A DNA stretch of 64,000 nt from Flectonema sp. DT1601. Its lineage: Eukaryota. Shown piece after piece: positions 55,667 to 64,000 of this stretch. A model generated the notes under the pieces. It ran no database searches. It had not been told where the DNA came from and saw nothing but the letters and a program-made list of their open reading frames with translations. The first letter of the stretch is position 1; the number at the start of each line of letters is the position of its first letter. Made by a program: the position numbers and the translations under genes. The stretch covers positions 682,001 to 746,000 of the forward strand of contig OZ025795.1 of assembly GCA_964019425.1 (NCBI GenBank). Direction: 5' to 3'.

Positions 55667-57692
55667 CTACTTACACTTAACTCTGTTGGGGAAGCTCAGC
55701 GTGCGATCTTTTGTTATCAGATCAATGTTTAATCTGGTTTGTTATTAAATTGAGTAACGCAAAGTGATATTAACAAGACAAGATAAGTACATACCCAGGT
55801 GGTCGTTGACGCCTTCTGATCGATATTGAAACATCATCAGTCGTATTGTCTACAGTTGTTGAGTTGTTGACTGGAGTTTCAACAACAACAGCAAACGAAG
55901 GAGGATCAATTGGTAATAGTTGAGGAGTGTATCGGAGTTGTTGTTTTTCACATGGTTCGAGAATTTCTCGATGTTGGTCTTCACGACGACGAATAAATAT
56001 TCCAACAAATCCCTTTATCGCAATCGTTAAATTAAAAACAACAGAAGTCATCAACAACATGAAACTCCCATTATCGTTATGTGAAATAGAACTTACCAAC
56101 AACAACGTTACCTGAACCAGTAATTGAGGTACACATATCACTAACTGACAAAGCATGTTATTATAAACAAGGAGGTCATACATTCCAGAACGTAGGACAG
56201 GTTTACCTCCGCTTAGGACCAAAAGGATGGTTGAAACACAAAACCAAATATCGTATGCAATTGGAATTATTCGAAATCGGGGAGAAGCTGCTGCTCTAAC
56301 CTCAGCTGATGTTTCTTTTCTTACTAATAAAAACCACACAAAAACATGACCAAATAGCAAACACACTAGCATCACTCCTGTTTGGTACCAAAGCTTTTCC
56401 TTTGCCAATGTAACAACCCATAATATACTTGATAGTTGAGCTAGAGTTAATAAGATATTGTTAATAGCAGAGTCTACCATTCTCCTCCTCCACAGAGCTC
56501 CAAGAGGAAAACTTCTTTTACTCTCGAGTACTAACGCTTCTACTTCATGAAGACCTCTGGCTTCGATTGCTTGTTGCGCATCAGGATCAATTTTCAATTT
56601 TGAAATTCCTAACAACAATTTAACAATACCAAGACATGGCACAGCACTTTGAACAGCCATCGCTAACGGAGGTATTGAAGCCCCCAACTTCTTATTTGGT
56701 TCCAAAGGAGTTGGAGTCTCAGCAGATATTAATAACCTAACTATTTGTTCACAACCAGTATCAACAGCATGTTGTAATGGGGTTAGTAAGAACCCTCTAT
56801 TGATGTCTATCTTTGGATGTGACAGAAGTAATATTAACATCGGAACGGCTCGTAAGTTGACAGCTCTACAGAGAGGTGTTGAACCCACCCCACCACAAAA
56901 CTTATTAACATTAACTCGTTTGTGTGATAATAAAAGTTTTGCAATCGAGTAGTGTTCTTCATTTCCGATAGCTCGATAAAGAGCACCTCCTTTATTTGGA
57001 TTTATACGTTCACTCTGAAGTAGAACTTTAACAAGTTCGTAGTTACCAAATTCAACTGCTCTCGCAACTGGACTTCCTTTATTGACATCCGTGACTGGGC
57101 TGAGTAGAAGTAATTTAGTCATCCTGACGTCTTGTTTAAGTACTGCTTCGCATACTGGGGCTCTAGCGATTGTCGTGAAATCAACCATCGGGAATAGTAT
57201 CATTGTTTTTAATACTCCCAAGTCTCCAACACCAATAGCAGTACTCAAAGCATTAGTAGTTAGAAGCAGTTCCTTTGTTAAGACGTGAGTTCGAAGTAAA
57301 TCAACAGCAGTATCGTGAGAACCTTTTTGTAATAATTCGATAAACTGATGTTCAAGAGTAGGATCAACCTTTGATCGGTCAATTTGATGAGGGTTCTTAA
57401 ACCTTGAAACTCTGTTCAAGACGAGGATATCTTCCTTCGCATCATTTCGTAGGTTGACGTCTGAGAGTTTAGCAGGAGTGACACTATCAGCCATTCCACA
57501 GGGTGGAGGTACTATAAAAACAGAGCTCTTAGGAGACTTCTTATCCTCTTTATCACTTCCTTTCGTAGTTGGAATATCGAAAGTCACACCTCTCGGAGAA
57601 ACAACTCTCTCACATTTCGTATCGTCACTCGCTGGTATTTCCTCCAGCTCTTGACCGTTCTCTTTGTCTTCCTCCAGCCCGTCGGCCGGCAT
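55667..57692 (-). CDS. Ankyrin-repeat protein with C-terminal multi-pass membrane domain
   Basis: Multiple ankyrin repeats (TPLCRAV, TPLQHAV, PPLAMAV), then ~5 TM helices including CVPQLLVQV; probable last intron 55734-55794. Confidence 0.85.
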
Positions 57693-57877
57693 ATTGGAAC
57701 CCCCTCTCCCTAGTTAATAAAAGTATAATTAATTTGCATGGAAATAGACAACAAATACTTGTCAGGTCAGAGAATTCTGAAGAAATAAAAGTTTACAGAA
57801 GGAGTGCCGTCTCGTTGTGGGATCCGGACGATCCTGAGCGCAAGTTAATACTTGCGATTTCTTAGATAAGAAGAATT

Positions 57878-59146
57878 TTATCGGAAATTTGGTTGTACTT
57901 CAGAAATTATCTCCCACTGCGCATCGGTAATGCTGTCATCGTATTTTCCCTTCCAAAGCTGCAGCAGTAAAAAGAACAACGACGGGTACGCTGGTTGAAC
58001 AGTTCCCTTTGGATATGAGAACTCTGCGTCATCAGAATAATAAAATTTTCCGTTGCTGTTTTCTAATCCGCAGCGTTCATTTGAAGAAGACCAGAGCTCT
58101 CCGTACACTTGATCAGTGACAGCCTGTTTGTTTGTTTGTTTGTTTGTTTGTTTGTTTGTTTGTTTGTTTGTTAAGTAATTGTGAATGAAAGTAACAGTTA
58201 AGAAATAAATACAAACCTTTATTTTGTATTCATCATCTGTCTTTCCAATACTCACGAGTGCCATTTTAAACGATTCCGGATCGTTTATTAGTTTCCATTT
58301 GTTGTTATCGTGTTTCAGATCAGTACAATTTTCTATTTTTATAACAACTCCGTCTTTGTTTACAATCACAGAAGGAACCGAACCGTCTATTTCTACAACA
58401 CATCGATCCCCGTTTAATAAAGTACGAAACGTTCCTATTTCTGTGAATAGCGCCTTCTTTTTCAATTCATCAAAAAACCAAGATTGCTTCTCAGGAGAAA
58501 TTTCTTTTACTGAACTCAGAAGAGACTTGATAGCATCACTGTCATTTACAGACAACACTCCATAATGAAGGGTTGCAGTTATAGCGTCATCGTAGTACTC
58601 ATTTATGATACAATGTGATATTGACTTTAGTAGTAGTTTTCGTTTGTCTTTAACGTTACTTCCGTTAAGTGTTTCTAGAATAGTATAAAATAAATAATAA
58701 CGACCTTCAATACCAGCATACAAGTCTTTAATGTAGTTATCACTTGTTAATAATAGTTCAGGTAATTGTCTTGTGATCGCCATAGTAGGGTTACAACAAT
58801 ACGATGTGATCACTAGACGTGCGAGGGTGTCAGATTTCCATAAAACACATTCTTTATTAAAATATAAAGTGATAGCAATATTAAATATCATCGAAGCGGA
58901 TGAGTTTTGTTCGCCTCCGAGCATTGCTATGCCTCTCAGACATGGCCAAAGACTTTTTACTGTTTGGTTTGAACAGGATTCTTGAATTATTCTTAGCATG
59001 TAATCTCTATCAAGAACTGATGATGCCCAACACCATAACAATTCTTGTTTAGCGTCAAACAGCTTCATCAATATACTATTCACGTCACCCTCTTGTAATA
59101 GCTGCAGTAAGTTTGCCGGTACTTGAATGTCCATTTCGGTATCCAT
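57878..59146 (-). CDS. Hypothetical protein
   Basis: 422 aa ORF containing an in-frame 93-nt intron 58124-58216 (GTTTGT...(AAAC)n AG). Confidence 0.75.
   Translation of the reverse strand: MDTEMDIQVPANLLQLLQEGDVNSILMKLFDAKQELLWCWASSVLDRDYMLRIIQESCSNQTVKSLWPCLRGIAMLGGEQNSSASMIFNIAITLYFNKECVLWKSDTLARLVITSYCCNPTMAITRQLPELLLTSDNYIKDLYAGIEGRYYLFYTILETLNGSNVKDKRKLLLKSISHCIINEYYDDAITATLHYGVLSVNDSDAIKSLLSSVKEISPEKQSWFFDELKKKALFTEIGTFRTLLNGDRCVVEIDGSVPSVIVNKDGVVIKIENCTDLKHDNNKWKLINDPESFKMALVSIGKTDDEYKIKVCIYFLTVTFIHNYLTNKQTNKQTNKQTNKQAVTDQVYGELWSSSNERCGLENSNGKFYYSDDAEFSYPKGTVQPAYPSLFFLLLQLWKGKYDDSITDAQWEIISEVQPNFR
58126..58172. repeat. (TTTG)n / (AAAC)n microsatellite forming the 3' end of an intron
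   Basis: ~11 tetranucleotide units directly abutting the acceptor AG. Confidence 0.9.
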
Positions 59147-60377
59147 ATTCTTAAATTAAAAAACTAAAGGGACACCTGAACAGGGGAAGATAATTACTTC
59201 ATACCACTGGTTTAATTATTTTTTTTATGAAAAATAAATTTACCTCAAAAAATCACTCTTATTGCAAATCTCTGTTTGGATATTTTTTTTAAATTAATCT
59301 TTTTTTTGGTAAGAAACACGGAAGACTAACTCCGAATGATATCCAAAAAAAATGTTTTTTAAAAAAAATTATTTGAATGAAATGTCTTATTTCAATAATC
59401 GGAGTAGCTGTTTTCATAAAAGTTTACAGCCCCAGCAAAAGTCTTAGCAGGATTCAGGGATGTTATCCTGTCTCCCCCATCACTACTAACGCTTTGCTTT
59501 TTTTTTTTTTTTCCTTCTTAAAGTTTAATCGCACACATAGAATCCGACGTGTTTATCGAAGTTTGCTTGAAGAATGGTCAGTTGGGTTCCTCTCTACTAA
59601 GTTTACTACAGTCATCGTAGTAGGTGATAATAAGAAATAAAAAATTGAAACTTATAAAAAAAAAAAAAAGAGGAGCGAGAAGTGTACGCAGCAGAGTGAG
59701 AGAGCGCCAACACATTCCCCTCCTGGTCATACAAAATGTGATTCAATTAATTGATCACACTAACGGAACTTGTGCCTTTAATCAATGGCATCGTACTCTT
59801 TGAGGGTTGTGCACATTAATTATTTATCGAGAGAGAAATCTGCAATCACCAATTAAACCCACTCAGGAGGAAACACACACACGTACACAGTAAGAGGGCG
59901 GAGTGAATTGGCTTTGAATTTTCAACCTCGACATGCAAACTAAAAAGATTTTGGATATTGCGAACCTGACCACGAAGGCTAACAGGTGATATTGCATACC
60001 AATCTTTTAATGTGCACAACCAGACCCTCCAAGCTTCTTGACATGGAGTGAGAAAAACTATTCATCCGAAGAGAGGGGCTAACAGAGCCAGAAAACTAAC
60101 AAAACGTATATTTTTCCCTTCTATTCTTTTTGATGACACATGAGTTTTAAAAAAAAAAAAAAAAAAAGGAAAAAAGGAAAGGAAACCAAAAGAAGAAAAT
60201 GGATACAAATCCATGTGCTGAAAACACCGAATAAAACACCCACACAGCTAATGTGAGTGAGTATACAGGACAGAAGACTATCACCTACTCTTCTTAAGCC
60301 ATTAAAAGAGAGTTACTATAACTCCCTGGCGTAGTCACTTTCTAATTGAGCCATCAGTCAATAATAATAATAAACTT

Positions 60378-61322
60378 CTAGCAGTTGAGCAGGTCATCTA
60401 ATTTCTCATCACATCTCTTGATACCAGCTGTTGAGACATTGCGAGAAACGACATCACTTGCAGTAGTAAACTTTGTTAAGATATGCTGATATATTGACTT
60501 CGCAGTACCCCAATCGCAAGAAGCTTCGAGAGCAGCTGCTTTACGGATGTGACCCTTTGCGAAGTCTGGGTTAATTTTAATGCAGGACTCTGCGTCCTTC
60601 AAAGCTTCTGGAATGTTACCAGCCTCTCGATTAGCGACAGACCTATTTCCGTAAAGAAGATACAATTCAAAGTGACCAGCTGGAAACAGTCGAATCGCAG
60701 CGCTGTAGTGTCGAATTGCTGAGAGGTAGTTCTGTTTACCAAAAGCTGTGTTGCCTTCTTTACGGATGCTAGTCGCTTGTTCCAATCGACGTTCCTCAGC
60801 AGATTTTTCACTGGCGACAGCAGCAGAGCGTTCGTTCTCTTCACGAACTGCTTTTTGATGACTTTCTTTAATTTGATCCATGACATTAACTTTTAATGAA
60901 ACCTCTCTTCCATAAATAACATTATCCCAGGCCTGGTCAACGATGTTCTCTTCTGTGTCAAGTCTGTCGAAAGCTTCTTCGAGTAAGTCTTCCAGGTCGT
61001 CTTTCTTTTCATTTACACTTGTGTTCTCCTCTTCTTCCTTTTCTTCTTTTTTTGGTGTTGGAGGTACCTCTTTTGGTTTTTTAGACTCCGTCTCTAGAGT
61101 TTCTTTCTTAACTTCTTTCTTAACTTCTGCCTCCTCGTTCGTTGTCTTTGTTGGTTCAGCTTTTTGCTCTTTTGTGTCTGCTGTTGCTGCTGCTGGAGAT
61201 GCTGATACCGGTCGCTTCTTCGGACTACTTTTAAAGAAATCCTTCCCCAAGACGTATACAAATACTATCGTCACAATTACTGTGAACACATTGCCAAGTC
61301 CCAATTCTATGTCGAATATCAT
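60378..61322 (-). CDS. N-terminally anchored TPR (carboxylate-clamp) protein
   Basis: TM helix VFTVIVTIVFVYVL, charged linker, then three TPRs with RKEGNTAF, YGNRS, KGHIRKA. Confidence 0.88.
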   Translation of the reverse strand: MIFDIELGLGNVFTVIVTIVFVYVLGKDFFKSSPKKRPVSASPAAATADTKEQKAEPTKTTNEEAEVKKEVKKETLETESKKPKEVPPTPKKEEKEEEENTSVNEKKDDLEDLLEEAFDRLDTEENIVDQAWDNVIYGREVSLKVNVMDQIKESHQKAVREENERSAAVASEKSAEERRLEQATSIRKEGNTAFGKQNYLSAIRHYSAAIRLFPAGHFELYLLYGNRSVANREAGNIPEALKDAESCIKINPDFAKGHIRKAAALEASCDWGTAKSIYQHILTKFTTASDVVSRNVSTAGIKRCDEKLDDLLNC

Positions 61323-61481
61323 TTTATTTTATTTTCTTCTTTTGAAGGGATGTACATTGAAGTTAAAAACAGTTTCACACACAAGAAAAAGAAAACATAA
61401 AATCGATCGATGGCGACACAAACGTGTAACATGAGGTTACTGTAACTGAACCTCCCTCCCCCCCCCATAAGTAGGCTACAG

Positions 61482-62444
61482 TCAAGAATAGTTATTTATT
61501 ATTTCCCTGATAAGGCTGTTAGTTTGTTGTTTTTTGATAGTTGTTATAATTTTAGAAGACGACGTCCCCTGTGATGGAGGAGTACAGTGAATTGGATTTA
61601 TTAAAAAGTTAAATCGATCTCGTTGAGAAGTTGTCATCTCCTCATCGAATGTTAGATTCTCGTTTATAACAACCAACAGTTTCTCAGTCATTGATAGAGA
61701 TAAAGGGAATTGAGATGTTGCTTTACGAATGTCGAGATAGCCAGAGTTCTGTTCGGTGAATAGATTACTTTCTTTTAGCTTTCTAATTGCCCTTCCTTTA
61801 AATAGAACTGTGCTTGCACATCTTTGGTTCAACAGACCTTTTCCGTTATCAATTAGAATCTTAGCACTGGATGACGTTTCTCGTAGTAAATCTTCTTCAA
61901 CAGAAACTCTTTTCAATTTCTTTAGTTCCCTCATTGAGATATCATTGCAAAGAATCTCACATTTCTGTTTCATCATTTCAGTCATTTGATTAAACTTTTC
62001 TCTTATTTCTTTTTGAAGTCTTTCACTGTTAGTTGAAATCTGTTCTTTTAATTGTACACAAGTATCGAGTTCTTGTTGAATACCAAATAACATATGTTGT
62101 ATTTGAGAAAGACTCTGGTGAAGACCATCAATTGTCTCTCTGTACATAGAATATAAATCATAGTGACGTGTTTTTATTTTTACTTCAGTTTTGCAACTGT
62201 CACAAAGTATATTCCCATCTCCAGTACAACATGTGATTGGTTTTCCTGGATGAGTAGAACACTCTTTTGGTTTCACTCCCCCCTGTCCGAGAGGATACTG
62301 TTCATGCTTGATTCCTCCTCTGTGTAGTCGAATGTTACATCGTTCACAAATACTAATTCTACAAGCAGGACAGTCGATGGTTGCTTTCTCTACTTCACAG
62401 ACACCACAAGTTGCTGGAGATATCAACGGAAGAGAATCAATCAT
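61482..62444 (-). CDS. B-box zinc finger + coiled-coil protein (TRIM-like, no RING)
   Basis: CGVC..A...CPAC...ICERCN..LH....H and CSTH......C....ILCDSC....H, followed by a coiled coil. Confidence 0.85.
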   Translation of the reverse strand: MIDSLPLISPATCGVCEVEKATIDCPACRISICERCNIRLHRGGIKHEQYPLGQGGVKPKECSTHPGKPITCCTGDGNILCDSCKTEVKIKTRHYDLYSMYRETIDGLHQSLSQIQHMLFGIQQELDTCVQLKEQISTNSERLQKEIREKFNQMTEMMKQKCEILCNDISMRELKKLKRVSVEEDLLRETSSSAKILIDNGKGLLNQRCASTVLFKGRAIRKLKESNLFTEQNSGYLDIRKATSQFPLSLSMTEKLLVVINENLTFDEEMTTSQRDRFNFLINPIHCTPPSQGTSSSKIITTIKKQQTNSLIREIINNYS

Positions 62445-62830
62445 TTAGTGTAAAGGTTACTGACAAAAGTAATTATAAAATGAATCCATCACTTCATCCA
62501 TCTCACTAAAGATATCTACCGTAGCTGTGAGAAGATAATAAAAGTAAAAGAGAAACGTAGTACAGCAACACCCGTACGTTTAATTCAATCGTACACAAAT
62601 AAATACAATAACTGAATGGTACAATACTACTACAGGAGGGAGGAGGGAAGGATAAGTCTAAAAGAAAAGCACACCTTGAAAAGGCGCAATCTTGTTTTTA
62701 CAATAATAAGTAACCACTGACTACTCAGAGATTACAACAGTTTGGTGGTCGTGAACTCGAAGAATAAGAACGATAATTACAACAACAACAACAACAACAA
62801 CACAATAAGAGAGTGAATATAAAAACAAAA

Positions 62831-64000
62831 CTATCCAACTGAAGGACTGGTACTAAAGGAGAGCTCAGTTGATATTGTTGTTTGATGTCGGGGGGAGAAC
62901 AAATCAGCAAGTGGGTCTCCATCGTTATCGTAATCAGCATCTGATAAAATCTTTCTACAACTTCGTAACTCTTCTTCTTCTTCTTCAAGTGATTCTCTCT
63001 TCCTTCGCAGTCTTATTTCCATTAGTAAGACAGGAGTTTCTTTTTCTTCTGTTCTCTTTCTCTTTGATTTCCCTTCTTCAAGTACCTGTTCGAGTCGTTT
63101 TACGATCCCTTCTTGATCGGCAACTAGGAGTTGGGTTTCAGTTTTACCAGCTAAACGAGACCTTTCAGTTTGTTCTAACTTGTCTTCTAAGGATTCAACT
63201 TGTCTTAATAAAGAATCCCTCTCATTAATAAATTGGTTAAGTAATTGAGAGAGTTCACGGTAAACGGTGTCGGCTTTCTTTTCTTTTTCAGTTTCGACTT
63301 GGAGGAGTTGTTCAAACTTCTGAACGTTGCGGAGAGAGGATTGAACTTCAGCTTCAGCTACCTCAAGACTCTGCTTTGAGACTTGACAGGTTTTATCTGC
63401 TGACTTCAGGTCATGAAACGCTCGAGTAGTTCTGGCATTTTGTCTATCAACTTCTACTTGTTGTTCTTTAAGTTGTGCTTCTAATTCACGAAGACGTTCA
63501 ACTTGTTGGACGTGTTTTGCCTCTTGAGTTTTTAATATCTTAACAGATTGTTCTCTGTTTCTCTCTGCTGTGCTGTATTCTCTACTAGTTTGCTGAACTG
63601 CGTGTTTACATGTTGATAAAGTCGCTTCAGCTTTGTGTTGTTCAGATTCTAACAGCTCACGACTTTCATTGCTGGTTTCGAGAGCACCCTTAGCGCTCCT
63701 TTGTTTGGATTCAACTTCAGTTACCTTTTGTTGTTTTTTCTTTACAGTCTCTCTCTTCAATTCGACATCATTCCTTCCATTTGATAATAAAATTTCCTGA
63801 CGGTTATCGTCGTCCTGGAGCTTTCTATACTTTGCCCTCTCCTGCGCAATGTTTGCTGCTGTCTCTTCTTCCTTCTTTCGACGCTTTCCTCTCGTGTAGA
63901 GGCAATTTATAAAAGTGGGATAAACTTTACACAGATTGTCGAATTCACTAAATGAAAGAACTTGATTCCTGTCAACGTCTGCTTTTTTAAACATTCCTTC
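62831..64000 (-). CDS. EF-hand + long coiled-coil protein, probably 5'-partial
   Basis: ADVDRNQVLSFSEF EF-hand loop; the frame stays open to the right edge of the window. Confidence 0.8.
   Translation of the reverse strand, partial: EGMFKKADVDRNQVLSFSEFDNLCKVYPTFINCLYTRGKRRKKEEETAANIAQERAKYRKLQDDDNRQEILLSNGRNDVELKRETVKKKQQKVTEVESKQRSAKGALETSNESRELLESEQHKAEATLSTCKHAVQQTSREYSTAERNREQSVKILKTQEAKHVQQVERLRELEAQLKEQQVEVDRQNARTTRAFHDLKSADKTCQVSKQSLEVAEAEVQSSLRNVQKFEQLLQVETEKEKKADTVYRELSQLLNQFINERDSLLRQVESLEDKLEQTERSRLAGKTETQLLVADQEGIVKRLEQVLEEGKSKRKRTEEKETPVLLMEIRLRRKRESLEEEEEELRSCRKILSDADYDNDGDPLADLFSPRHQTTISTELSFSTSPSVG

Noticed and set aside
13000..61434. Plus-strand ORFs overlapping real genes (e.g. 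13000-13350, 16699-17082, 60943-61434)
   Set aside because: Antisense shadows of minus-strand CDS with no independent motifs.

Overview
Eukaryotic nuclear DNA, AT-rich and gene-dense. All ~32 protein-coding genes I can reconstruct lie on the minus strand. They carry ~26 short GT-AG introns, and many have a pyrimidine-rich CAG just upstream of the start codon. Together with a trypanosomatid-like pyruvate kinase and a single-hairpin AGA-box guide RNA, this points to a euglenozoan with polycistronic transcription and SL trans-splicing; a diplonemid is my best guess (inference). Recognisable genes: SF3A2, PRMT5, U2SURP/SR140, pyruvate kinase, MDP1, SDR, AP mu subunit, CCDC6-like, PAXBP1/GCFC-like, TrmH/SpoU, Nup107, a TUTase-family enzyme, TLC, TPR, B-box, TIR-LRR and a divergent actin-like protein. 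The two large tandem repeats, which generate many spurious ORFs, are snoRNA arrays. (i) 8 x 148 bp encode an unusually long single-hairpin H/ACA (AGA) guide for the LSU helix-69 pseudouridine equivalent to yeast 2264, and sit inside a 1277-nt intron of the TIR-LRR gene. (ii) 8 x 289 bp each encode two box C/D snoRNAs (snR55/SNORD33-like and snR64/SNORD10-like), both with extra rRNA-pairing arms. A second signal is that cis-intron 3' ends are A/C-rich with no polypyrimidine tract and are often complementary to their own U/G-rich 5' ends, whereas putative trans-splice acceptors are pyrimidine-rich. This may be a cis-versus-trans splice-site code. Exon structures were read by eye, and rRNA targets use conserved eukaryotic rRNA sequence and yeast numbering recalled from knowledge, not this organism's rRNA.
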